Shown: one piece after another, positions 46,949 through 60,479 of the stretch | Layout of the letters: every line of letters starts with the position of its first letter | Numbering within the stretch: the stretch's first letter is position 1 | Assembly (NCBI GenBank): GCA_964016885.1 | Contig: OZ024741.1 | Coordinates: 65,410,001-65,474,000 of the forward strand | Direction of reading: 5' to 3' | Source of the DNA: Eledone cirrhosa | Lineage: Eukaryota | DNA: 64,000 bases | The notes under the pieces: model-generated | What the model was told of the DNA's origin: nothing | Seen by the model: the letters and a program-made list of their open reading frames with translations, nothing else | Databases searched by the model: none | Made by a program: the position numbers and the translations under genes

Positions 46949-48132
46949 TCTCTATATATATAAAACAGAGGATGTCTGTCTGTCTGTCTCTCTGTCTGTT
47001 TGTGTAAATCCCTAAAACTCAAGAAGTATCCGACCGATTTTTTTTCAAACTTTACACATGCGTTACTTATATTTCTTGAAGTGCAATGGGCTAAAAAAAT
47101 TTTAGTGCATTAGGCAAAAAAACGCATTTTTAAAAGCATTATTAGGCTTTTTAGAGGCGTAACTTAAAGATAATCCAGCTGATTTCCTCGGAATTTGCAG
47201 CACACATTAGTTAGACCTCTTGCATTACTGTGGACAAAAATAATTTCCGATTCCATTAATGGTTTCTAGGAAATTTACGAATTAGTATGAAATTTACGAA
47301 AATGAAAATGCCATTTTCATTTTCAATATAAACGCTACTTAACAATCGTAAGTAGCGTATACAATTTCGTTAAACATTTGGTTTATTTAACAGAAGACAC
47401 AACACCTACTTACTTTTAAGTAGGACCATTTTCGGGGGATTGAGGAAATGAGGAAAATCTTAAAATTTTTGTCAGTGCCCTGTTGACGCTTTATGGTTTC
47501 ATCACGTGCAAATCCGGACCCTGTGTAGGTTGCCGTGTTATTGACACTGTAAAACTCACGTCTGTGCTACTTCTACTAAGACCCCTTTTGTTGCACCTAC
47601 ACCATAGTATGAACGCCCTGCGCAAGTATGCTGAACAGCGGTTGTGCTAATTCTGCAGTGACCCCTTTTATCGCACCTTTGTTGCTGTGTAAACGCAGTG
47701 CAACCAGTGCCGCCTAGCATTTGTGGTAATTGCACTATGACCCCCTTCAGCTGCAGCTGCGTTGCCACGTTGATTTCGTCATCTCAATATCCTTACTTAA
47801 ACATACATCCCTACTTGGTTTTCACACAATTGACTACATCGCTCCTTCAGACTGACGCGTGTTCCCCATCTGTGACGTAATTCGCGAATAGACTTACGAC
47901 ATACATTGGCCCCACAACACTTACTTACTCCTTTTGCATACAGGATTTCCACAATCAGCCCACTGACACTGCTGCTACTGGATTCGGCCTGCTGGTGTTC
48001 TATGTTTCCAGTAGACAATCATTCCCTGAGAATAAAGGAACTCAAAAAGTACACAGCACATTCCTCAATCTTTGCACATGCATGCTGTTATTTCACGTTT
48101 CCTACTCTGTGCAAGGCCGGGTCCTGCTGCTA

Positions 48133-48133
<1 letters not shown>
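46949..48133 (+). mobile_element. Non-autonomous Helitron
   Basis: 5' TC start with tatatataaaa and (TGTC)n; 3' GC-rich subterminal segment gcaaggccgggtcctgctg then CTAG; between A and T, no TSD. Confidence 0.8.
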
Positions 48134-48170
<37 letters not shown>

Positions 48171-48431
48171 TGACAACTGATTATACATTTGCTATCGAAT
48201 ACTTGCTAACATTATATGATTACGCAAGCAGCGATACATAGGTATTCAGTCTGTTACAGAAACATATGTCAATACCTAATAAATTCCTTTTTTAAAAAAA
48301 GCACTTTCATTTTATATTCATCCTTTCTACATTTTCTCCGGAATATAATTTATACTCGTTGAGCAAACCTGCACGTACGCTGTTCATCTCTAACGTAACG
48401 ATATATTATCACTACATTATTGATAACCTGA

Positions 48432-48487
<56 letters not shown>

Positions 48488-48611
48488 CGTACGTGCTCAA
48501 GTATGGCTCTTTTTACAAAACAGTTTTTTTTCCATTTCAGGTAGACGCGCGCCATCATCCACTTTTCTAAAAAACAAATCATACACAAAACGCCAGCACC
48601 AACAGTTTTGC

Positions 48612-48836
48612 AAAAGATGTCAACATGAATGGACCTATTATTTTTATCTAAAGACATTTTTTCCAATTCCATCCCGCCCGTCCCCTTCATCTATTTTATT
48701 TCTCATTCTTTCTTCTGACGAAGGACTAGCGTCTGAAATGTTAAAACCCTCTTCCTGCTATATCAAGCGTTAACCTAATATATCCCTTCCATATACTGTA
48801 CCGGTTGTGTTGTTATTTCTGTTTACCTTTTACATA
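48612..48836 (+). mobile_element. PLE-type pseudo-LTR with hammerhead motif
   Basis: ttcttCTGACGAaggactagcgtctGAAAtgtta near 48711-48745; same family as the 11-12 kb copies. Confidence 0.75.
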
Positions 48837-48840
48837 CATA

Positions 48841-49345
48841 TATGTATATGTATACGTGTATACGTATATGTGTACACGTGTATACGTATATGTGTATACG
48901 TGTATATGTATATGTGTATACGTGTATACGTATATGTGTATACATGTATACGTATATGTGTATACGTGTATACGTATATGTGTATACGTATATGTGTATA
49001 TGTGTATACGTATATGTGTATACGTGTATACGTATATGTGTATACGTGTATACGTATATGTGTATACGTGTATACGTATATGTGTATACGTGTATACGTA
49101 TATGTGTATACGTGTATACGTATATGTGTATACGTATATGTGTATACGTATATGTGTATACGTGTATACGTATATGTGTATACGTGTATACGTATATGTG
49201 TATACGTGTATACGTATATGTGTATACGTATATGTGTATACGTGTATACGTATATGTGTATACGTGTATACGTATATGTGTATACGTGTATACGTATACG
49301 TGTATACGTATACTTGTATATGTGTATACGTGTATACGTATTTGT
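48841..49345. repeat. Strictly alternating purine/pyrimidine minisatellite (gtgtatac / gtatat modules, ~22-bp unit)
   Basis: gtgtatacgtgtatacgtatat repeated with 14-bp variants. Confidence 0.95.
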
Positions 49346-49413
49346 GTATAAGTATATATGTATATGTATATATGTTTATGTATATGTGTATATATATATA
49401 TATGCATAGACAC

Positions 49414-49454
<41 letters not shown>

Positions 49455-49693
49455 ACGAAGGAAATGTGGTAAGGAACCAGGTGGACCATAACGCACCAAA
49501 GTACTCAATACTTAGGGTAGTAGAGTGGGTAATAGGAACAAGTAAGACCCCGACGGCTGAGCTCAAGCCGTTTCGACGGCTAATTCTGTACTACAGTCAT
49601 CATCATCATCATCATCATCACCGTTTTACGTCAGTACAGAATTAGCCGTCGAAACGGCTTGAGCTCAGCCGTCGGGGTCTTACTTGTTCCTAT
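49455..49693 (-). mobile_element. PLE-type pseudo-LTR fragment with perfect 61-bp inversion around an RTE tail
   Basis: Arms 49532-49592 / 49633-49693 identical; spacer acagt(cat)n-caccgttttacgtc. Confidence 0.7.
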
Positions 49694-50170
49694 ATATATA
49701 TATATATGTATATGTGTATGTATATGTGTATATATATGTATATGTGTATATATATGTATATAGGCACACACACACACTCACACACACATATGTATGTGCG
49801 TGTGGATGTATGTATATATATTTGTGTGTGTGTTTTCATATATTGAAACCAATAAATGAATACTATTTTCCAAATCCACTCAACTAGGTAATTGATTCTG
49901 TATATGTAAAGCCTTTGAACATCTCTGTAATATTGTTAGAAATTTTTGATAGCTTTTGTTAGCTCAATGACCTAACCAACAATATATGTGGGTGTTGTGA
50001 AAGAAGAATGGCTTTAGTAAAGATAGGTGTTGAACAGTTCAACCTCGAAAGTGCTTCTCTTACTGAATGAAGTATAGAATGTATAATGCTTATGTATGAA
50101 GCATAATATTGCATGGGCGTGAAAACTAGAAAGAAGGGTACTCATATCTTGCTGGATATCTAATGTCAGT

Positions 50171-50443
50171 CATCATCATCATCATCATCATCATCACCGT
50201 TTTACGTCCGTTCTTCCACGCTAGCATGGGTTAGATGGGTTGTCTTGTTGTGGGCAGTGTCCGGTCGGCTGACCTTGTCTTGCTCATACGGGAACTGATT
50301 CTTCCTAACACCAACCTCATTTACAGTGTGTGCTGGGTGCTTTTTTTCTGTGGGGCCTACACGTCCACTTTGCAGTGGAATGATAGGGACCCCAGTCCTA
50401 TCATCTCATTTCTACACACTGAGTAAACTGGAACAATGTGAAA
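50171..50443 (-). mobile_element. Chimeric SINE: family-1 body with RTE family B tail
   Basis: 50171-50300 matches 25023-25135; 50365-50443 matches the SINE-1 body. Confidence 0.75.
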
Positions 50444-51029
50444 AGTTCATTGGCTGAGCAAGACACTCTCATGGAATGACCAAATGAGGTTTATTTATCA
50501 ACATAGTCCCCGGAAAGAAACAACACAGCAATTAATAAGATGAGTTGCAACTAATGCATGCAAGATTTCACAGCCCTAGCATCACTCCTTCATAGTCAGC
50601 CTATGAACTTTTTAGCTGACTCTCATATATCATTTCATTTCATTCATTTCATTTCACGTCCACTTTTCCTTGCTTGCAAGGGTGGGACGGGAACTAATTC
50701 TGGCTTGATTTCTACAGCTGGATGCCCTTTCTAACACCAACCTCATTTACAGTGAATGCTGGGTGCTTTTTTGCCGTGGCACCTCCACGACCACTTTGCA
50801 GTGGAATGATAGGAACCCTAGTCCCTATCATCTCATTTCTACAGCTGAGTAAACTGGAGCAATGTGAAATAAAGTGTCTTGCTCAAGGAAACAACACATC
50901 AACCGGTCTGAGAATTGAACTCACAACCTTTCGATTGCAAGCCCAATGCTCTAACCACTAAGCCATGTGCCTTCAGTATGTCTGAATAACAGTGCTCAAT
51001 GGAGCTGTGAGTAAAAATGTGCATTTGAA

Positions 51030-51542
51030 CAGGGGTTTCAAACACGTGGCCTACAAACTACTTTTATATGGCCTGTGGCAGAACAACTTTTATGACTAAG
51101 ATCCTGAAACTTAATTTGTCCTTTACACCTTCTTTACTTTTCTAAATTACCCCTGAAATAAAATTTAATGAGAAAAATGGAATTTATCAAAAGTGAAACT
51201 AGAAAAAGGGAATTTATCAAAAATATTACCCCTGAAATAAAATTTAATGGAAAAAATTCAAAAGTAAAAACAGAAAAAAGTGAATTTACCAAGAATTAAG
51301 AAAAATTTGAAGTGGAAATTTTGTCCCCCTACTTTTTGTACTAATCTATATATCCCATCTACTATCATAAGTATGTTCATTTTGATATAAAAGGAAATAA
51401 ATGGCAGTCTATCAGCTGTATTGCAGGTTAGCATTATAACTGGGGAAAATCATGATCCCACTCACTCATATCACTTTTGGCCTGCAGTGTCTCTCTCACA
51501 GGATGTAATGACCCTTTTGAGTCTTTGAGTTTGAGACCCGTG
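51030..51542. mobile_element. hAT-like MITE
   Basis: caggggtttcaaac ... gtttgagacccgtg termini; degenerate TSD beginning catt. Confidence 0.6.
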
Positions 51543-54500
51543 CATTAGTGGTATCAGTAGACCTATCATCTAGAGGGGTAGACACTGGATGTCACTGCTG
51601 CTCTATATTTTAGTGGTGCACTCTCTGATTTAATAAAAAATGGCCATGCCCCACCATGGCCTCAGCTGGAACATGTAATAAAGTGATATGCTTATTCCAG
51701 AATTCTGCCTTAGAATTATTACAAATTAGAGTGCCCCCCCCCCTCTCCCTGAATGCTCTGAATTACACTTTGTACACCCGATTCTGGTCAAGGACTTGGT
51801 CATCAGTGATTGTGTGAAGGAGGAAAGGCTATGTTGGTGATGAATATGTGTTGTGTATGAAGAATGATGGGTGAAAAAATGTTAAACAATGCAAATTGAA
51901 GAAACCTGCAGAAGGAATGCTGTTTGTCCCCTCTCCATCCCTGTCAGTTATTGAGCAGTCCTAAAATAAAAGACATTTCATCTGTGACCATCAGTAGTGC
52001 TGATCTCCAATTTCAGGATGCTGGGCCTTAGAAAGGAGATGAGAAGAAGTAGAGAGAAACTGTTGAAATGGACTCTTCCAATGGACTCTTCCAATCCATA
52101 CCATAAAGTGAATGTGAAAATAATGATTTATTCTGTATATGGCACTTAAATGCCTAATGGAGTCACAGAGACACCATCCTGACACATTTTGAATTTGGCA
52201 GAGCCCATCCCTCTACATGTCAGAACATGGCCAATTTCTTCTAGAGATGAACTGACCCCATTATTTAACTGATGCTTTATTTATTGACCTTAAAAGGATG
52301 AAAGGAAAAGTTGACCATGTCAGGACTTTAACTCAGCATGCTGTGAGTTGAAATAAATACTGAGATGCTTTTAATCTGCCACCCTAACAACTCTGCCAAT
52401 TTGCCACCTCTCTGTGTGAAATCTTGCAGCCATTAATTTCTTAATTTCAACTCATCTTATTAAAACTGCATTGTTCCTTTTCAGGGATTATGTTGAAAAA
52501 TAAAACTTATTTGTTCCTTCCATGAGAGTATTTTGGTCGGCCTATGAACTTTTCAGCCAACATTCATGTAAACAATCTGACAAAGTAAAAATATGAAGTT
52601 CTAACTGCACTGAAACTTAAGATTGAAGTATTTCAGTTGCTGAAGTCATATGTTTTGCTTCAGGGTTATAACCTTAAAATAACTTTGGAGCAAATCTAAA
52701 AATAAATAATTGATTTATATGCTGTAAGATATGTAATGTAATTTTCTTTCACACTTATAATTATATATGTGTGTGCATATATCTTTCATTACCATATTTT
52801 TCATGAAACACATTGCCTAAAATTTTCAAATCACTTTGAAAATAATACAAATTTGGAGGGATTTACTAATAACTTTGGCAGTGTGTTTCTGTCAACTCTG
52901 TTGAGTTCTTCTGGGACTTTCATGGCTTTCTTATGATTAATTTTCTCCATTAGCATCGAGAATGGTTCTTGAAGAAGCTGAAGAGAATTTGTGTTGATAA
53001 CTAACTTTGTCATTATTAACTGGTATTTGGAACATAATTTAACAAAGGGTCTTACATAAAATTAATTAAAATGAAAGGCTGTTAGATAAACACTTTAAAA
53101 TAAACAGCTTGATATAAAACCAAGGGCAATTTCAGGCTGTTTAGTAGGTCTGTAAATGTGTAAATACGTCAGTAGTGATGTAAACAAATACATATTTTAC
53201 ATTGAAAGAAAGAAATGATGCTAATTTTGATCATCATCTTCAGATAAATTTTCCAAACATAAAATTTTAACATTCTCTTTATAATAAATGTATCTATATA
53301 CAACCTGTGAAGACTTAATGGCTAGTGAATTTTATTCTTGAGCTGGGCAATCTGTTATGTCCTTGAGCAAGACTCTTTATTTCTCATTGCTCTTTCTGTC
53401 AGAAGTTGCGACCGGTAGATATTATCAGCAATGAAAAGACCAATGAAAACATTGTTTCCTTGGTCTGATTTGGTGAGTTCCACCCCACTTGGTAAATGAA
53501 TGGGGTCTGGGCTCTTGTCAATAAACTTCTTTTCTTCTATACAATCTATCCCTCCACATACCAGTAATTGGAGCAGGTTCATTGTTGTTTGGCTAAGAGG
53601 GCTCAGATATGGTTTTGAAGTATGTGTTTGAATTTAATTTAACCCTTTAGCATTTACATTACTCTATATTTACTATTGTATTTTCACTTTAAAGGCTTTA
53701 CTTCACATAATTATCTCACATAATATTGAATCTATGAGATTTTGACATTATTTATTTTGAGAACAATACCTTGACATAAGTATGAGCAGCCGGTTACAGC
53801 CAGTTTGAACAGAAAGAGGTGAGGGAATTCTGGCCGGATACATCTGGTTTAAATGCTAAAGAGTTAAGGCTGATGCAATACTGTTTTTATGAGTAGGTTT
53901 GTGGGCCCCATTGCGTACCAATACATTAGTTAAATACCATTCTTTCATCTGATACAACACAATAAAGACTAAAGTATATATATATATAATTGTAGGATTG
54001 TGATTTACATTTGGTTGAGTTTCTGGATGGCATGCATTTGGATTAGATTTGTTTATGTTCTAGTTAAAGCATATACAATCTTAGTTCTACATATGTATAC
54101 TGCCTTCTTAGAAATATATTTAATTTCTTAAAAGAATAAAAGCCTGTCACTAACAAAGTGACAAGACTTCCTTGTTTGAGTCAGGACTGTTTAATACATT
54201 TGTGTATATTTGAATGTATATATGGTTGCAGGTATGGTTGCAGGATGTATATAAATATGTGCATATATACATATGCTACATATGTATGCTGTCTTTTTAA
54301 AATATGCTGGAGTTCTTAACAGAATAAAAGCTAGCCACTAACAAAGTGACAAGACATTCTTGTTTAAATCAAAACAGTTTAAGACATGTGTATATATGAG
54401 AGTGTGATTGAATGTGTGTGTATATGTGTTTATGTGAATGTCTGTTGTGTAACTGAATGTGTGTATATCTGAGTGTATGCATGATTGCATACTCACACAC

Positions 54501-54973
54501 ACATGCACACACTCATACATAAAGGTGTGTGGCTTAGTGGTTAGGGTGTTTGGTGAATGATCATAAAATATTCAGTTCAATTCTCAGTGGGATTCAAACC
54601 AGGAGAACCAGGAAAGAAAAATGTTCGATGCTTTAACAACTCTAAGTTGACTACCATGAAATGTGGTGAATATTTCTGCCAAATCTAGCTGACATACAGA
54701 GGTCTATCTTATTTACTCATACATACACACACACATATATACATACATATACACATACATACATACATAAAATAAAAGGGTATGCTTTGAGGGAGTAAAG
54801 ACTGCACCAAGACTGGGCTGGTACTTTTTTTTTATTGATTCCCTAAAAAAGGATTTGAAATCAGAATGTAGAGAGTTGGAGAAAATATCACAATGCTTTC
54901 TATCTAATGTTCTAATCACTCTGACAACTGACAACCCATACCATCATGGAAAAATCAATACTAAATGATGATC

Positions 54974-55030
<57 letters not shown>

Positions 55031-55305
55031 TATTGCAGAAGATAGGTGCTTATACGTGGATATTACTCAACCAATCAGAAGGCAGATACATCTACTGCTA
55101 GAACTTAGTAACAAAAGAAATTCAGAAACTCATATATCTGCTGACGTCACAACAGGATGGTACTACATGACCAACAACATATCCCCATGGTTACATAACT
55201 GCACCTATGATTGTACGATCATCTGATGAAGTCACATGCATAACCATGTAACTAAAATGTATATCATGCAATAAAACAATTAAGGTGAAGTAACTTAATC
55301 AATAA

Positions 55306-55341
<36 letters not shown>

Positions 55342-55909
55342 ATGCATGTGTGTATGTGTGGTTGATTTGGTAAAGTCATTAGAAAACCAGATATATGTTC
55401 TGGTTCTGTATTCTGAATTCAAATCACACTGAGGTTCACATTGTTTTTCGTTATTTTGATGTTGATAAAAAAAACACGCTCTTGATTACGAGAGGAGAAA
55501 AGCACATGCATCATTAATGTAGCTCTCAGGGAGATTCAGCATGACACAATGTTTGACATAGCTAGCCTTTGTATTACAGGTACAACTCATTCTTACTTGG
55601 TGAGTTGACTGGAACAACATGAAACAAAATGTCATGTTCAAGGCTGCAGCATAACACATCTACACTGGATGATTTGCATAACGTTGAGTGCTTTAGCTTA
55701 TTAAATTATGGTTTTCTAAACAGAATAACCAGATCTATTCATTACTTAAGTCATCCAACATACATAGTATATATGTATATATATACATATGTATATGTAT
55801 TGTGAAGGAGCGTGGCTGAGTGGTTAGAGAATTGGATTGACAATCGTGAGGTTGTGAGTTTGATTCCTGTACTGAGCAAGACACTTTATTTCACCTTGCT
55901 CCTTCTACC

Positions 55910-57091
55910 TGGTGGTCCCTAAGGAAACTAGGTGTAGAAGAATGGCTTGTGAGGACAGTGCAAGCTATGTACAGGGGTGCTGTCAGTAAAGTGAGAATAG
56001 GAATGGAGTTTAGTGAGGAATTCCAGATACAAGTAGGTGTACATCAGGGTTCAGTCCTCAGCCCGCTCTTGTTCATTATAGTCCTCCAAGCCATAATAGA
56101 GGAGTTTAAGACTGGCTGCCCATGGGAACTTCTCTATGCTGATGATCTGGTTCTTATAGCAGAATCAGTAGAGGAGCTAGAGAATAAATTCTGGCTATGG
56201 AAACAGCAGTTGGAATCAAGAGGCCTGAGAGTGGACATAACTAAAACAAAAGTGTTGATAAGTAGAAGAGAGGTCAATACTCTGATTCCATCAGGGAAAT
56301 GGCCATGTTTGACATGTAGGAAAGGAACTGGCATAAATTCCATAAAATGTACGCAATGCAGATCTTGGGTACACAAGAGATGTAGTGGGATAGCAGGCAA
56401 ACTAACATGTAGGGAGAAATACGTATGCACTAGATGTACAGGGAAAGTTGGCAGTAGTAATCGCAGTGATAGACACATTTTTCCAATGCAGGTGGGTTCT
56501 ATAGAAGTGGTTGATAGCTTCCAGTACCTAGGTGATCTGATTAGAGGGGTGTTCCAAGACCATAGTATCTAGAATAAGGATGGTTTGGAAGAAGTTTAGG
56601 GAGCTGCTTCCTCTGTTGACTAAGAAGGGTTTCTCCCTGCGTACGAAAGGGCAGTTATATGATGCCTGTGTGAGATGTGCGATGCTGCATGGTAGTGAGA
56701 CATGCGCAGCAACTGCAGAAGATATGCGACGGCTGGAGAGAAATAGTATGCTCTGTTGGATGTGCAATGCCAATGTGCGTGAACGACCAAGCATAGACGA
56801 ATTGAGAAAGAAACTGGGTATAAGACGGATAAGTTGTGGTGTGCAGGAGAGAAGGCTGAGATGGTATGGACATGTGATGCGCATGGAGGATGACCGCTGA
56901 GTAAAGAAGTGCCAAGAAATCCCAGTAGAAGGAAGACCACGAAAAACATGGGCAGAGGTGGTGAGAGCAGACCTCAGATTGCTGAAACTCACCGAGGAGA
57001 TGACGAAGGACCGTGACAAGTGGAGAGATGCTGTGCTGAATAGGACCCGTCCAACTTGGAAAAACAGATGTAAAATGATGATGATGATGAT
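55910..57091 (+). pseudogene. RTE LINE family C, 5'-truncated, degenerate
   Basis: ORFs 55949-56572 and 56580-56900 (YADD, PHD-like finger, WYGHVMR); very short 3' UTR and (GAT)n tail; followed by a B-type UTR (57124-57433) and a second C-type end (57436-57520). Confidence 0.9.
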
Positions 57092-57521
57092 ATATATATG
57101 TATAAATACATATATATATTTATAGGCACAAGCTGAAGCATATAAATAGTATGCACCACCCAATCTCCACCCTCCCATACATAGCTCATAAGGACAGACT
57201 GAAGCATACAGCCCACACTGTATAGTGGTCATGTAGGTGTCATGACAAAAAGCACCCAGTACTCACTAAATGAGGTTGGCATTAGGAAGGGCATCCAGCT
57301 TTAGAAATCAAGCCCAAATAAGTTCTGTATGAGCAAGACATGGTCACCTGACTTGGCATCGCTCACAACAGGACAACTCATCTAACCCATGCTGGCATGG
57401 GAAAATGGATGTTAAACGCTGATGATGATGATGAATGGGGAGATACTGTGCTGAAGAGGATCCATCCCACCCTTGCAAGCAAGGAAAAGCTGACGTAAAA
57501 TGATGATGATGATAATGATGT

Positions 57522-57552
<31 letters not shown>

Positions 57553-58739
57553 ATGAACTAATGTATCTATGATGGTAGTTACTCTAATCAGAATTCTTCA
57601 GATAAATGTTCTCTATTATTACAAAATCTCTGTTGTTTTTCTCTGGATTTTCACCCACTTATTTCTGCAAATGAAATGTTGAAAATGTCGGAGAGATAAG
57701 ATGGAATACAATAATGTTTATTTATGTATTTAAATCATTTAGAATTTGTCGCATTTGCATCATATCTAAGAATAATATCAATTTTTGCAGTTAGTTCCAT
57801 ATATCTTTGTCTGTCCAGCCCCAAATGTACAGTAACCACTGTGTTTAAAATGATTTATAATTTAGGCTCAAGGCCAGCAATTTGATGGAATGGGAATACC
57901 ATTTGTATCCACACCAGTAGTTTATTTCTACTTCATTTTATCAACCCCGGAAGGATGAAAAGTAAAGTTGACTGAGACAGGATTTGAAGTCAGAAAACAG
58001 AGGACTGTTACAAAATGCTGCCATGTATTTTATCCAATGCACTAACAAGTCTGCTAATTAATTGGCCTAACCCTTATGCTTATAATGTTTACTGTATTTC
58101 TTTGTATAAGCCCTTGTGGTTTACCAAGAAACCACTATTATTGTTATTGCTTAATTCTGATTGAACTGATATATGATCAAAAGCATTTCAGGTGTGACCA
58201 TATTGCCTATTTTTCTTTATTTTTGTTTTGTTTTTGGACATAGTGTATCCAAGATTACATTTGTTGAATGTGTTCTTATTTTTTAACCTTTCAGTATCAA
58301 ATTACTAATGAAATACACTCTATTTTAATTAATTAATGACAAATTTTGAGGAATTTACTACAATCATTAATTATTTCATTACTAAGATAGTAACTTAACA
58401 TATGGCTCGCATAAAATTATGTTGGAAAATTTAAATTTCAATAGGAACTCATCAAATTGGGTGTGTTGGTATCAAAAGGGTTAGAAGATTTGGCTGTTAT
58501 TTCTCACAGATTGTCCTGAAAAGGCACTGCTATTGGCTGATTGATATGATTGTTGTTTATATTTATCTTTTATCATACATTGACAAATATCCAAATGACA
58601 CAAAATGAAGTATCAATGATTATATTCTGTTAAATCATGTGAACTTTGTATTTCTCTTCTTTGATGAAAAAACCCAACAAACTCTCTCAGTCTGAATGTA
58701 TTTAAAAAAACAACAAATACCAAAAATTTGGGGTAAATA

Positions 58740-60263
58740 GCCTTTAACCTTCATATACTGTGAAATGACAGTGAAAGGTCGAATTAAGATATCTAAAAGT
58801 CAACAACATTTTAGAGATTTCTATCGAATCACGGAAATATCCATCAAAGAATTTTTACATAAGTATATCAATAAGAATCTTTTGAAGTGATTTGGCAATA
58901 CAGTAAACATAAAAATATAAATACCTACACACATACATACACATGTATATATATAGTAAAGGACCGATAATTCTTTTTAAAAGCTGGTACAATGTGGTAG
59001 AAAATACGAAGGAGAAGTAAAACAAAACAAAGTAATGTTTTACCCAGTGTATTTCAATGTGATATTCCAGGGCTAATACTCTCTTTTCACATTCAAAGCT
59101 CAAACAGTCAAGACAAAACAAACGAATGATCAGAGTTTTAGAATTCTCTTCCCTAACAGGTCTATATGTTTGCAAAGCATATGTACATGTGCAGGGTTGC
59201 TATAGTAACCATTCTGTTCCATGCATTTCTGACCTATTATTTATCTCTGGTTTTATTTGGCTGATGATAATGGCCTCTTTAATCCTTAATTTTCCCATAT
59301 TCCTTTCAATTGCCTCTATGGTGACCTCGATGTCTTGGTTGTAGCATCTGTCAAGATGTTTTTTAACAGAAAAAGCTCTTGTCACATGTTCCTTTATTTG
59401 TATGTGTAGCCTCCTTATGGTACTTACAACATATGGGGAGCTACATTTATTGCATGTGATCTTAGAGACCACATATACTCTCATGCAAACATGTGCATTG
59501 TTGATGGGATGGTTAGGAAGTAAGCATATATCTCTGTATGTGGGTTGCTGTCTGTGGGGCAGTCTCCTCAATGAGGATCTTGAATGCTCCAGCTGTATAT
59601 TCAGTCCCTCCCTACAGATGGCTTGCCTGATGGCAGTTGTCGTCTCTCATTAAAACGTGGCAGCTTTAGGTAGCATATGTTATACTTAGTGGCACATGTC
59701 CTCCTTTCCTTGTTATTTTAATGTTAGTGCTTTGGTATTTCGGTGTTTTTTGTGAGAAGTAATGTTGCCGTTATTGGTGAGAACTCATTGGAATACCACC
59801 ATGCTGGTATGTTGCTACCATTGCAGCATCTGTTGCGCATCTTGGAGATCTCATTCTGTATATAGGCCATTTTGGCTCTGTAGGGAGGGCCAAAGCCATG
59901 GTACACAAAAATCTCTCTGCAGGCATCCTTCCTATAAAATTTGGTGTATATGGGTGCCTCCTCATTGACTCTTAGTGTAAAGTCTTTTAGACAGAGGGGC
60001 CCGATGTCTGGATGTTAGACCTCAAAAAGTTTTATGTGTGTGTCAATGTTTTCAAATATGTTGTAGATCTTGATGACTTTTTCACATGATGATGTGCGCA
60101 TAAGGATGTCATCCACATTCCCAGAGAAGAAGGAGCAAGGGTGGCAGGTAGTGAGCACTGTAAGCTGCAACTGATCCATGTTTGCAATAGTCAGCAGGCC
60201 TGAAAGACTTGATCCCATTGGAAGTCCTGAGATTTGTTTGTATACGGAGCTCTCAAACTGGAA
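58740..60263 (-). pseudogene. Degenerate Penelope-like element (RT + GIY-YIG + pseudo-LTR)
   Basis: FQFESSVYKQISGLPMGSSLSG, NVDDIL, FYRK...AKMAYIQNE, VVSKITCNKCSSPYVVSTIRRLHIQIKEH, LRIKEAIII..KPEIN; decayed hammerhead near 58810-58848. Confidence 0.9.
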
Positions 60264-60479
60264 TATATATATAATGTATATTCATATATGTATATACCAT
60301 GCTTAACTAAGGATTTTAGGTGCCCATGTCATTGCAAGCAGACCCAAACACTTTCTTGACCTTCCCATCCATGTATCATAACAGTTTTTCCAGTTATCAT
60401 GAAATTGTGAGATATAGATGTTTTTTCCAAAATTGCTTATTTTCGTATATTTTCTGAAGTCTCTGAAGAAACATGTTGA

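Noticed and set aside
53355-53582. 75-aa minus ORF, or a + exon ending at gtgagt
   Set aside because: The ORF ends in SINE sequence and the + candidate exon has stops in all three frames; no recognisable domain
54135-54400. Diverged ~75-bp direct repeat spaced about 190 bp
   Set aside because: Two copies only, no TIR, TSD or coding signal; looks like an old local duplication
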